From NCBI GenBank assembly GCA_051294905.1, contig CM119382.1, positions 11,532,001-11,596,000 of the forward strand: 64,000 bases of DNA, read 5' to 3'. The notes below the pieces were generated by a model, which ran no database searches, was not told the DNA's origin, and was given only the letters and a program-made list of their open reading frames with translations. Each line of letters starts with the position of its first letter. The first letter of the stretch is position 1. Shown here piece after piece: positions 1 through 11,916 of this stretch. Source of the DNA: Botryllus schlosseri. Lineage: Eukaryota. A program made the translations under genes and the position numbers.

Positions 1-611
1 CAATCCGCATATCGAGAATCGTACAACATTAACGGCTCTCTCGTGTCGAGAGAGGTTAGATAAAAATACTATTCCATTCTTGTGTTCGGACCTCAGCTCC
101 CAAATCTTAACAAATACCATAATATTGATATTAAATTAATCAGCCAAGATGCAGGTTGGAAATAGTCAGGGATGACTTACCCGAACATTTGAATCAATTC
201 CAGCTGTTGCAAGTCTGTGTGGTTGACCTTTTCGATGAGGCTGGATATCAACTGAGTATATCGCTTCTTTAGCATGCCAGGAGATTTCAGGGGTTTTGAT
301 TTTCATATCAAAACAGGCAGTATGCTATTGTTTTGCCACTTACCGATAGTTAAGCGACACCAGTTAAGTTGCGCAAGACAGTAGGCGCGGCAATAGACGC
401 GGAGATACAAATATTTTACAAGTTTCGCCTAATATGATGGCAGATTAACCCTCTTCCATGGAAATTCCCCTCAAATTTGACCGAAACATGTCCGGATCGT
501 GCTGATAAACACAAAGTAGATTCCCGATATTTTCGCGCCGTTTCCAGACAATATTTTGGTTTTTGCGTTAGATGTCGCACGAGAACAGCGAAAACGTGTG
601 CATCAAACACA

Positions 612-714
612 ATCATCACCAATCACCATCATCATCATTGGTTTATTAGCAAATTTTATCAGTTCAATACACCACAAAATGCGATACAATGAAAAGATAG
701 GAAAGTGTCGAAGC
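612..714 (-). mobile_element. LINE copy A, 3' terminus with (ATG)n tail
   Basis: Reverse complement of 7719-7809 (AATAAACC followed by an ATG-repeat tail). Ends at GTCGAAGC (707-714), whose natural continuation is at 7810. Confidence 0.85.
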
Positions 715-1498
715 TATCTAAAAAGCCAGCGTAGTCCCTGTACACAAAGCTGGGGATAGAACTAATGTCACTAACTACCGTCCGATATCCGTTCTCCCAT
801 ACATCGGGGTTGTATTCGAAAAGTTGCTCCTCTACCGCCTACCCTCATTCCTCGCCAAAACGTCTGTCATTTCCCCTCAACAATTTGGCTTCCGAAACAA
901 ACAGCAAGCCGCACATGCCCTCCTAACAGTGGCCGAACAGTATTATGATATCGCAGAGAAGCGAAATGTGGGATGTAGCATTTTTCTCTATCTAAAAAAA
1001 GCGTTTGGCTGCGTAGATCATAAAATTCTCATCTCGAAATTGGCGCGTTACGGACTTCAGGGCCCACAATTTGAGCTCATGAAAAGGTACCTCACTCGAC
1101 GCCAACAAATGGTTGCGATCTCAAACACATTGTCCTCTCCTCACCTGGTGACCTGTTGTGTACCTCAAGGCTCAGTACTTGGGCCGGTCCTCTTCACCTT
1201 ATATGTCAACGACATTTTGGAAACCTCCTCATTGAACACCTCACTGTACGCTGATGATACTCACCTCCTCTCTTCCGCATCTTCGACGGCAGAGCTGGAT
1301 GCCCTGACTAGTGACCAAATGCCTAAAGTCCATGAGTGGACGGCCCAGAACAACCTTTGCATAAACGCCGCGAAATCCCAATTGCTGACAGTAAATTCAA
1401 AAAATAACCTAAGCGTTAATATCGCTGGTCAGCCCGTTTCCAACACAGATAATGCCAAATATCTCGGGGTTTTACTCGACTCGAACATGTCCTGGAAG
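715..1498 (+). mobile_element. LINE copy B (CR1/L2-group), reverse transcriptase segment 1, 5'-truncated and degenerate
   Basis: NYRPISVLP, PQGSVLGP, YADDT and KYLGVLLD motifs. The supplied ORF 824-1585 runs on into an inserted MITE after WK. Confidence 0.92.
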
Positions 1499-2669
1499 CA
1501 GCACCGTAACTGCCGCACCCCAAACCCCCCAATTGGGGGGGGCGAGCTCGAAGGGGGCCCAAAATTATTTCGTGAATTAGCATAAATTATAGAGTATTTT
1601 TTCAAAATTTATGCAATTTTTTCAAATTTTTGTCGCGCTGCGCACGAATTCAAGATGCCATTAATTATCTTTATTGTTGGGTATTGGACCATTACCGCGC
1701 CACGACCCACCAAGACATGCAATCAAGTTTTAAGCCATATAACATGAGACTCCAAGAAGTGTGCCAGAACGATCGGCAGCGAGAAAACCTTTGCCGAAAA
1801 GGACTATGCCGTTATGCTGACCGAAGACTTCGTTATATATACAAAATACATATAGGTATAATTGTCCATAGGCGCCTAAATGACTGGCGCCGAATGTTCC
1901 CGTCTTGGCAATCTGAACCTCACAAGACAAATACCATCCCGCTGAGAAAAATTTTACGCCAGTGAAGAAATACCAATTTGAAATCGTGTGCGTCTTTCAG
2001 TTTAGTACGTTCATGCGATTCTATATTTTTTGATTTAGCAGACTGGAAGTTACGAAATAACATCATGTAACAAAGTTATATCAACGGGTCCGCCCGCCCG
2101 AATATGTTCAAATATTATTTACGGGCCCTCCCGTCTTCAAGACACTTCACTGAGCTCTACCGGTAAATCTAATTACGTGAGTAGAGAGGACAAGAAAGTG
2201 ATAGCAATATATATGCAATTGCCGATCTGATTGACCGGTTTTATCATAAATTACCGAAAATTTTCGCGCTTCGCGCTGGCTCACTACAGCTCATTGCGTG
2301 ACAAATGCGAACAACGTGATTGGGGGAGGGCTCGTTTTATCATCCTATGGGAGCCCAAGACCCAAGTTTTTGGGTGCCCTGACGAGGTGCAGTTTCGTTC
2401 CTGCCAACGGGTATACGCCCGAAGATGTTTAATTATTATCGAGTGGTCCTACCTTTTCGAACACACGTCACTCAGCTCTACCGGCAAATCTGATTACGTG
2501 AGCAGAGAGAAGATAAAAATCGATAACAATATATATGCATTTCCCGATTATACTGACCGATTCAATCATGAATTCTAGAAAACTTTCGCGCTTCGCGCGC
2601 TTAGGCGACAAAAGCTGACTCAGTAACCCCCTAATGTAGATTCTAAGTAGGCATGAACAGGGTAGAGCG

Positions 2670-4057
2670 CAGTGTTGGGATCAAGTCACTACCTTCGAGT
2701 CACGAGTCATCTCGAGTCATTGCACATTTTGACTCGAGTCAAGTCAAGTCAATCGATTTTCAAAGGTGACTCGAGTCAAGTCAAGTCACTCGTTTTTTGG
2801 AGGTGACTCGAGTCAAGTCAAGTCAAGTCAAGTCAAGTCACGAGTCAAGTCAAAATTCAAGTCAAATTGAATTTTCGAAGTATGAGTGATGATTCAAATT
2901 CATTATGTTTTACTAGCTGTGTTAAAGAGATCAATTGGTCATTTATCTTGAATCAAATAACGAATATAAAGTTAAATATACATACAAAAATGCGTTGTAT
3001 CGCTCACGCACACGTTGAACTGCTAATAAAATATGTCAGTAACTGTATAGCTACATCAGGGGTGTCAAACATACGACCCACCAAATGATTTCATTCGTCC
3101 CGCGAAGAAATTCTGAGTATATGTTGAAAATTGTTGTTGAATCAATATGTTGAAAAAACATTTCTCGAATTTGTCGTAAGAAATATTACTAATAAATATT
3201 CATTCAAGATGGCAAATTACGAGTATGTTCATAGGCCACATTATAACCACCCGACAACGGAGTTGTGATTGTAGTTATCGTCAGGAGAAGGTCGCTGACA
3301 TTGATACCCAATTCCGAGAATGCGAAAAAGTGCATATATTGAGTTAAGAGTTAGTAATATTTTGGAATCATTTGACTGGTGCGGCCCGCAAGTTATCTGA
3401 ATATTTGAATTCGACCCGGGACGTCAGTTGAGTTTGACAACTCTGAGCTACATGTTACATTCTCTTATTATGTCAGCCAAAATAGAGGATCGAATACGAA
3501 GCCTCGACAAGATAAAAGAAATGGATATCGTAAAATACACTAGCCATCTATACACATCCGGGAGGATATAAATGCATAGAATATATTTGTTCGATTTAAA
3601 TCATACAAGAGGGTTGGTAAAGGTGAGCACCATGTAATGTAATGACAGAGTCGTCCAATAAACAGCGATACGTTGCTATCAAATTAGTCTGCTACTACGA
3701 CAACGTAAAGTGTGATCATTTCGTTTGCGGTCAGTGTATTTGTGATGTAACAATGTAGGATTAGTGAAACGTACAACCAGTGAATGACTGGTTGCTCTCA
3801 CAAGTTATACAACGGCGTATCGTGAATAATCCGAACATGCACAAAATACATTGATTTAGTCGACACCGTTTACTTGATGACTTGAAATTGACTCGTAAAT
3901 TTTGCTCCGAGTCACGAGTCAATCCACATTTTTGAAGCGCCGAGTCAAGTCAAGTCAAGTCATTTTTGCAAAGTGACTCGAGTCAAGTCAAGTCATTCAA
4001 AAAAGTTGACTCGAGTCTGACTCGAGTCAAGTCATGACTCGAGTCATCCCAACACTG
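2670..4057. mobile_element. hAT MITE with GACTCGAGTCAAGTCA subterminal arrays
   Basis: TIR CAGTGTTGGGAT / ATCCCAACACTG; perfect TSD GTAGAGCG. Related fragments near 9400-9560, 20522-20660 and 50155-50712. Confidence 0.92.
3057..3445. mobile_element. hAT MITE nested in 2670-4057
   Basis: TIR CAGGGGTGTCAAAC / GTTTGACAACTCTG; perfect TSD AGCTACAT. Confidence 0.9.
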
Positions 4058-4181
4058 GTAGAGCGTGAGGGGGGTCTGGGGGGCGAAGCCCCCAGAAGTT
4101 AGGTTTATCACCCTATGGGGGGCCCAAGACCAACGTTTTGAGGGGGGCTGACGAAGTGCTGTTACGGCCTCTGCCTGGAAG

Positions 4182-4285
4182 AGTCATATTCAGTCCCTAG
4201 AAACTAAATTGTCACCGAAGTGCGGCCTGTTCTACAGCCTTTAGGCACTTCATGCCAGCATGGGTTCTTCTGATACTCTTTATAT
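4182..4285 (+). mobile_element. LINE copy B, RT segment 2
   Basis: Continues WK-SHIQSLETKLS, then LRHFMPAWVLLILF with small indels, once the 1499-4173 insertion is removed. Confidence 0.85.
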
Positions 4286-5604
4286 CAGTGGTTCTTAACC
4301 TTGCCTCCAGCGCCCCCTAAGGGGCGCTGGCGATTTTTAAGTGGGCGGAAACGCTCAGGGGCGATATGGGGGGCGCTGGGCTCAGGGGGGCGGTATGGGG
4401 GGCGCCGGAGAAAAATGGCTTCGCAGTAGATGATGTGGTGGTAGGACATATCCTTAATGAGTATTCAGAGCAAATTACCACCGAAAACTTCGTTATATAT
4501 AGCCTTCAAAATACATATAGGTTTAATTGTCCATGGGCGGGGAAGCGAGTGGCGCAGTTGGTTAAACACTGCAGTCACGACACCAATGGTTGGTGGTTCG
4601 AGTCTCGGCTCTGCCATGTTTCTATGTGTCGGAGGTTTCTCTGGGCTCCTCATCGCCGACCTCACTGCGGTTGCAGTGCATTGAAAAGCCCAGAACGAAA
4701 GTGAGCCGTGCTAGAAGTCGGCAGCAAAGACCACGACGGGGACGCATGGATGTGAGAGAGTCTGACGTATGAATGAGAGAAAGATCGAAGAAGTCGTCCC
4801 CAAGATTACTGAAGACCTATGAACTTTACAAATATTCGTGTCGTGGTGCACAAAGCCTGAAAAAGGCGATAAGCGCCACTGTAAATGTGTCATTGATAAT
4901 AATAATAATAATAATAATAATTGTCCATGGGCGCCTAAATGACTGGCACCAAATGTTCCTGTCTTGGCAATCTGAGCCCCAGAAGACGAATTCCATCTGG
5001 CAGGGAAAAATTATATGCCAGTGAATAAATACCAATTTGAAATCGTGTGCGTCTTTTAGTTCAGTACGATTTGGCGACAGGGATATTCCTGTTGGGCGAT
5101 TCTACATTTTTTGATATAGCAGACAGGAGGTCACGAAATAACATCAGGCAACGAAGTCGTTCGCCCGCCCGAATATGTTCAATTATTAGTTACGGGCCCT
5201 ACATTTTGGAGCAATCAAATGACATAATAATTCCATAAATTCAATATCGTTCGTCGCTTTGCCAACAATTGTGACGAGGACTTGCAAAAGAATATAAGCT
5301 TACGCCTTAACAGTCTAGGCCAAACCAGGCAATGTATTCGGCGTGCGAGTGTTGCTACGTTGGTGTGGAGCAGAGTGTAAAACGGGTCTTACCCCATTAA
5401 CAAGCTATACAGCGCCAAAACTACGATCGCACGGATTTGGTTTTTATGATACAATAAACATATGAAGACGAGATGGACCCAGTAGGCTACGCTTGCTAGA
5501 TTATTTACATTAGACAACGATATCAATTTTGTCGGTTGGCTGAATAAGCATCATTGTTAATTTTTGAAAGGGGGCGCTGGGGGAAAAAAGGTTAAGAACC
5601 ACTG
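4286..5604. mobile_element. hAT (Charlie-like terminus) MITE inserted in LINE B
   Basis: TIR CAGTGGTTCTTAACCT / AGGTTAAGAACCACTG; TSD CTTTATAT / CTTTAAAT. Confidence 0.9.
4540..4918 (+). mobile_element. tRNA-derived SINE
   Basis: A box TGGCGCAGTTGG, B box GGTTCGAGTC, (TAA)n tail and 15-bp TSD AATTGTCCATGGGCG (4525-4539, 4919-4933). Confidence 0.9.
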
Positions 5605-5612
5605 CTTTAAAT

Positions 5613-5707
5613 CCTTAATCCAATCGAAGTCACATTATAGCATCCTCTGTTGAGGGGCTGCCAGTAAAACTGCACTTAAGCCACTGCAAAAACTACAGCA
5701 CAAAGTA
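5613..5707 (+). mobile_element. LINE copy B, RT segment 3
   Basis: Reads HYSILC*GAASKTALKPLQKLQHKV, the typical post-RT thumb region. Confidence 0.85.
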
Positions 5708-5991
5708 GGGGAGATGTGGTACCGATGGATCAAAAATTGGAAAATGATCGCTGGCCCCAAAATGTTCAGCCGAAAACAGCAGATCTTTTGCTGGCTCAGC
5801 ACTTTGATACAAGCTCTACCTATCGTGCACATATACATGAATATCCGTCTCAAAAATATGTATGGACGTTCAAAATTTGTTGTTCGAACGTGTCATCGGT
5901 CCCCACCCGGTGGGTCCAATGGCACGCGACCCTGGAACGTATGAGTCATACTCTCAAAAACTCAGATGTGACAAATTTTCTTGCTCAGTAT

Positions 5992-6471
5992 CAGACTTGG
6001 ACAACTAGATATATTCTAGTTGTCTAATTACACTAAATTAGAGCAAAATGGCAGTAATCTAAGTCTAATCTAATTTGGAAAAGCTGAAAATTTTCTAATT
6101 GTCCAAGTATATGCTTGGAGAGAGAGATATGATATTCTTTTTCGCCTGCACCATTGAGATGCTTCGGCGACGGAGATGCCATACGGCCCCATGAGGTCAT
6201 CCAGTCTGCGCCCCGTTTTTTTTCTCCTCCATGCTATGCGTGATTGCTGAGCGCCTAGCAGGATAGCTGCGGATACTAATTTTTGAGTCTTTGGTATGAC
6301 CCGGCCGGGGATCGAACCCACGACCTACCGCTCGAGAAGCCGGACGCATAACCATTACACTATCTCGCTCTAATTCTAGTTGTCTAATTTCACTAAATTA
6401 GAACGAAATGCCAGTAATCTAATTCTAATCTAATTTGGAAAAGCTGAAAATTTTCTAGTTGTCCAAGTCTG
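5992..6471. mobile_element. hAT MITE with CTAAT arrays
   Basis: 18-bp TIR CAGACTTGGACAACTAGA; TSD CTCAGTAT / CTCTGTAT. Confidence 0.85.
6109..6372 (-). mobile_element. tRNA-derived SINE (second family)
   Basis: Minus strand: A box TAGTGTAATGG, B box GGTTCGATCCC, then GGTCATACCAAAGACTCAAAAATTAGTATCC...GCGCTCAGCA. Confidence 0.85.
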
Positions 6472-7159
6472 CTCTGTATTATAATCTAAGCTACAGCAAG
6501 CCAAAGAAGAATGTTTGGTCACAACCGTCGAAAAACAGAATAAATAATAACTGAAATGTTGCCATAAAATCACGTTTCGATTCAGGCTCGGCCTTATATA
6601 TTTGAGGGTAAACACATATTGCCCGAAAATCGACATTGTGACTTCCAAAGGCCAAATACCTCGTTATAGCGATAAAACACCATATGCAATTATTACATAA
6701 AGAGTTTCTCCGCGTAGGCATGTTTCAGTTGCTGCATGATTAGCATGCTTGATTATTTTACTTGATTTGGCTATTGTATCATCGGTCCCCACCCTACGAA
6801 TTTTATACATGAATCGAAAAAAATTCCACTCAAGGAAGGTATTGAATAAAATAATAGGTGCCATTATATAGCCTGATGTAAGCCCCACACTTAACATTAA
6901 AAATGATTGCTGGTTTGTTCGTGTTGAAGGTTCCAAAGAAAAATGTATGCGTCGATCGAAATTTACTTCACACCCTCCAAAACAGAAAATATCTGTCAGA
7001 GACCCCAAGCTCACGGTGGTCGAATTTTTTTGTATGTGAGGAAATATTTTGCCAGCATGCAATTTTAGACAAGATCACGGAATGTAATCATGGAATTATC
7101 ATAGAGAACGTTTAAAGTATTTTTGGTCCCAGTGATCCATCAGTACCACATCTCCCCTA

Positions 7160-7809
7160 CTGCGAATCACAGCTAGGGCCCCAAAGGGGCCTGGCTGCCC
7201 ATCCAACAAGTCGCTGCTGTGAAGAGATTCGGCGCCCTAAACATAGAAGATATGCGGAAACTAGAAATCGCCAAGTTTATGTATCAGTTCCACTGCGGTC
7301 GTTGCCCCGAATATTTCAATGACGTCTTTACCTCGGAATCAAAGGCGCACAAGCAGGCTACAACACACGCGCGTCCACATCGTCCAAATATCATATGATC
7401 GACCGAAAAGATCATCGCTCTAGCAAAAATTCCGAACCTGATGTGTGGAACAGTATCCCGCCGGCCATCCGACAGTCGACGAGCATGTCTACATTCAAGT
7501 CGAAATACAAGCAATTACTACTAAATAAATACAGTCCATCCTCAAGATTACCGGTTCACGACTGACCTATCGATCTCGCTTCCCATGACATGCCGCCCTA
7601 TTGCTTGTCGCTTTCGTTTTCTATACTATCTTCTTACTTTCATTCAGTGTGCATGCCTCCTCTTTACATCGCATAGGCCAAGGTGGGTATCCATAGATTC
7701 CATAGACTACTCCAAGTCGCTTCGACATCTTCCTGTCTTTTCATTGTATCGCATCTTTTGTGGTATATTGAACTGATAAAATTGCTAATAAACCAATGAT
7801 GATGATGAT
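7160..7809 (+). mobile_element. LINE copy B, ORF C-terminus, 3' UTR and (ATG)n tail
   Basis: RFGALNIEDMRKLEIAKFMYQFH and VWNSIPPAIRQSTSMSTFKSKYKQLLL; ends AATAAACCA(ATG)n. Confidence 0.9.
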
Positions 7810-8120
7810 GACTTGGAGTAGTCTATGGAATCAGACACCCACCTTGGCCTAGGCGATGAAAAGAGGAGGCATGCACAGTAGCACACTGAATGAAAAGTAA
7901 AAAAGATAGTATAGAAAAAAGCAAGCAGCAAGAAAGGGGGTGTCATGTCGTGGTCCGGTAATCTTGAGGATGGACTATAGTATTCATTTAGTAGCATTTA
8001 GTAGTAGCTTGTATTTCGACTAGAATGTTGACATGCTCGTCGACTGTCGGATGGCCGGCGAGATACTGTTCCACACATCAGGTCCGGCCGTTCGGTCATG
8101 CTTGCGCTGTATCTTTGATC
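7810..8120 (-). mobile_element. LINE copy A, upstream part (5'-truncated)
   Basis: Reverse complement of about 7410-7718; joins 612-714 exactly. Confidence 0.88.
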
Positions 8121-8379
8121 AGCTGACTGCTATTTGCTACTTACAATACACTTTTCGTATCAAATTAACCATGGCTGACAGTCCGGACAGATCTTGGACG
8201 CATTGAAAAACCAGAAATTTAATTATGATTGCAACGGAATTTAGTAGTTAATTTGATACGAAAAGTGTATTGTAAGTCACAAACAGCAACAAACGCAGTT
8301 CAGAGAGTAGGCTATACGTTGCCAGATTGCGGTCCGGTAATCTTGAGGGCTGAATAGTAGGTTTAGCATAGGCCTATAC

Positions 8380-8700
8380 TAGGGTTGCCATACGTTCGGA
8401 ATTTCCCGGACATGTCCGGAATTTCACTATTAAAATTGTGTCCGGGAGGAATTTCTAAAACACGCCTAAATGGCCGGAATTTTGAAGGCTTGAAGTAAGC
8501 TAATATAATATGGGGACTAATGCCCTCGCAAAAACTGCGATCAAAATAAATAAATAAAAATAACTTTAATTTACAGAAATAAGTCTAATTATAATCGCAA
8601 TTATAGGAGAACGGTATATCCATTGAGTCGGTTTAGGCCGTTTAGATTAGGGTTACCATATTTTCGCGGCACAAATTCCGGACGCTCTTCAGCGCCCACT
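8380..8700. mobile_element. TAGGGTT(G/A)CCA-terminus hAT (Blackjack-like) fragments
   Basis: TAGGGTTGCCATA followed by CCGGA arrays; homologous to about 22975-23310. A related right end lies at 58330-58375. Confidence 0.65.
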
Positions 8701-10679
8701 AGAGGATTTAAAAATAAGGTATGAACACATTGTCGATCAATATGACGTCACACCAGCAAAGCCTTGTCTATCGACTAGAGGTGGTCACGATCCGGTTCAG
8801 AAGTATCTGGTTATGTGTTGTTAGTTTAAACCAGGGCCATAGCCACATTTTTCAGCCCTTCCCGTTTCAATGGACACTGATCTTGGGCTCACCGTAGGGT
8901 AATCGATGCAACTTCTTGAAACTTACTATATGAATCTGGTTTCTATAGGCATCTGGCCGTTAAATGATTTGAATGAATTCTGTCAATAATATTGGTTCTT
9001 CCATATGTTGCTATATAACTTTATGAAGGCAATCTAGCCACAGGTTTAGAACCTCCATCTTTGAACAAGCATCCAAACGGCCCAAACCGACTCTATGAAT
9101 ATACCGTTATTTTGTGATTGCGATTACAATTAGACTTATTTTGTGAAATGAATGTTATTTTTATGTGGCCCGCGAGAGCATTTTGTGCAGCCCGCGACGG
9201 CATTTTGGAATTTCAAGTATTCGACAATATATTCCAGTGCCACATAATATCTTTTTCAGATATAAGAACTTGAAGTTCACTCTAAAACACTGAAATCTCA
9301 ACAAACTACACTATCAAATCACTTTTAAAAGCTACCATGCGGTAGAAGATTAGCTATTACGTCACATTTCTAAATAATTATGATAAAACATGACCCGTTG
9401 ATGACTCGTGACTGAAAACTGTGATTTGGTTTTGTGCGATCTTTCGTAAAATTACTCGAATTCGGATTGACTGGGTGATTAAATAAAAATGACTCAAGTT
9501 GAGTCGAGTCAAACGTTAAAATCAGAGAAGGATTTGCGACTCGGAACGGTGACTTGGCAATCCTACGGACGCAACATAAAACTGTCATGGGGGAATAGTA
9601 ATATATCAAAAAGTCGTAGCTTGCGTTGCGTAGGGTATATAATAGCCTATATAGCTATCTAATCAGGTCAGTAAGGCAACCATAGGCATTATGTGACCCC
9701 CGTGGGGTACAGGCTGGGTGTTGTCTGATCTCTTTATCCATGTTATTATCGGTGGTGACTGGTGAGTGAGGTAGTAGCTCGCTCCAAAGCTGTAACACCA
9801 ATGAATTCATCGGTGATTGGACATTTCTATTCCAGGGGCTCTTAATCAGGGCCCGTAAACCCTTTCGGGTTACGGAGCACAACATCATGGCGAACGAGAT
9901 GCATTGTGGAGTTAAGCCTGCTGTGGAATATTTTTTTGACCAATTTATTCAACTGGAAAATGGTCTTCGCGCTACGTGCGATTTTACGTGTATGGGCTTT
10001 CTAATTTTATTATATATTGTGTTGAAAATGAACAGGATCTACAAGAAAATTTCGTGGAAGCACGAGGGGTGCGATCACTGAGGTTAAGAAACAATGCTAT
10101 TACTATGGCTCCATCATGATTATATTCAAGTTGTTATTGATATATTCCAATAAATAATCGAAGGCAAAATCTGACGCTGATTTAATTTGACTTTGGCAAT
10201 GACATAGTAACAATAGCCTACCTATCACGACTATATCATAACCCGGATTAGGCTACCGCTCAAATGCTCTGCTATCAGATCAACCTTCAGCAGATTTTAA
10301 AATATTCTACATAAAATTGTGGTACGTCAAAGGTCCACTAGCTGCAATATTATAACTCGACAGTTTGACGATGTCATAACTCATGACGCAATCCTCTCGC
10401 ATGGTGTCTATACCTCATTATTTGAACAAATAATGTCCATACAAACAATTTTATTTAAATATTTCAAAATATGAATTTTTTTCTGAGTCAAGCGTGAATA
10501 GTACAACAGTAAATTACATTTTCATGATGTTTGTGGAATGCCTGTCCTCAAGCTCCCGTCAAATAAGGCATACTTGGAAATTCTTCGTTGAATATCCTTA
10601 TTATTGGCGGCGCGGCCCGCGGCGTCATCAAAACTAAAAAATTGGCCCGCGAGCACATTTGAGTTTGAGACCTCTGGTC

Positions 10680-10989
10680 TAGGGTTACCATACGTCCTCT
10701 TTTTTGAGAACTTTTGTCAAATTTACAGCCAAATTCGACCGATAAACCGTAAACCAGCACCGAAGTAACGCCCCGGGTATTTCGGGAGCTGAGCCAAAAA
10801 GTTGACGTTTTTTTCCGTCAACCACCTGCTAATGTCAAAGAAAAACTGCATTTTTGGCACTGAGTGAGAAAGCTGACCCCGACCACGAAGTGGGAAAATT
10901 TACCATTTCAGGATTTTCCTCTGGTTTTGCAAGTTTTAAAATTTTGAAAAAGTGTCCTCTTTTCAGATTTCTAAAATATGGTAACCCTA
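10680..10989. mobile_element. MITE with TAGGGTTACCATA TIRs
   Basis: TAGGGTTACCATA at 10680 and TATGGTAACCCTA ending at 10989; TSD not clean. Confidence 0.75.
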
Positions 10990-11099
10990 TTATAGTCGTG
11001 CTCCCACGGCTGCACAGAGCGCACCCTGAGACCAAAGCATCCCAACAGCCACATACGATATGAGCATAACGTCTAGAACTATCTAGATATCCCTGATTG

Positions 11100-11420
11100 C
11101 ATCCAATATAGTCGACGTCGTACAGGATATGGAGTGACTGGGACCCTCGAAATAGTCGTCGGTTCAACAGTTACAGCAAGTATAGATATATATCATGAGT
11201 ACGGAATGGGTGTTCTGATGATCATGACGGCCGACCGTAAAAATGATGCATAACCATGTAGTCCTTTTTGAAGATATTTGTGGTGTGTTTATGACAGCAG
11301 TCGAAAGCCCTTTTCGTCGTCGAAGAGCCATATTTACCTGCATTGTCAATCAACTGTGACATCAAAAACAAGAATTCGTGACGTCATGGCCAAAAAATAC
11401 AATATAAAACCTGTTTTTAA
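11100..11420. repeat. Unclassified dispersed repeat containing TGACGTCA
   Basis: Colinear reverse-complement homolog at about 35620-35930 (ATGTAGTCCTT, AGCCCTTTTCGTC and ATTCGTGACGTCA blocks). Confidence 0.7.
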
Positions 11421-11489
11421 CAAGGGCCATGCTTGTTTTAAATAAATTTTTATTTTATATGCAACCGTAATTATAATATGTCGTGTGAG

Positions 11490-11916
11490 CAGTGGTGGCC
11501 TTACGAATGGGAAGGCCCTGGGCGAGACTTACCGGGGGGGCCTCCTATAAGTATCTAACCGTAACTTATGGGGGGCTCCGATCCCCCGACCCCCCTTTCC
11601 CGCGGTAAGGTTTAGCTGTTGGATTCGGCTATGTCTATTATTGTATGTGTCTAAGGATAGACTACATCAAGACAAAGCAATTCTACCGCGTGCAGAGACG
11701 TGATGATCATCGGGATACGGGACTTTTCTAACAAATGCAGAGATTTGATGATGATTAAAACATCCGTACGGAATCATATTCTTACTTGGTACACGGATTT
11801 CCATGTTTATTCGTTATTATCCTTAAAAAAAGGCGCATAATCCGAATAGGGGGGCCCCTTCGACCAGGGGGGACCCGGGCGACCGCCCACCTCGCCCAAC
11901 CCAAAGGCCACCACTG
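11490..11916. mobile_element. hAT MITE
   Basis: TIR CAGTGGTGGCCT / AGGCCACCACTG; TSD CGTGTGAG / TGTGTGAG. Confidence 0.88.

Larger units (their letters stand above)
1499..4173. mobile_element. hAT-type non-autonomous element inserted in LINE B
   Basis: Imperfect TIRs CAGCACCGTAAC / GTTACGGCCTCTG; perfect 8-bp TSD CCTGGAAG (1491-1498, 4174-4181). Confidence 0.85.
5708..7157. mobile_element. TA-TSD MITE inserted in LINE B
   Basis: 24-bp TIR GGGGAGATGTGGTAC(C/T)GATGGATC. The TA duplication restores the LINE reading aaa gta ctg cga (KVLR). Confidence 0.9.

Noticed and set aside
2690-4050. GACTCGAGTCAAGTCA repeats as a CRISPR-like or regulatory array
   Set aside because: No unique spacers; these are subterminal repeats of a TSD-flanked MITE.
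4540-6372. tRNA genes at 4540 and 6372
   Set aside because: Both have A/B boxes but no acceptor-stem closure; they continue into SINE bodies, and the 4540 copy has a tail and TSD.
9836-9875. Hammerhead ribozyme or Helitron 3' end
   Set aside because: The core reads CUGAUUA rather than CUGANGA, and no CTRR follows the hairpin. Kept only as an unexplained structured island.
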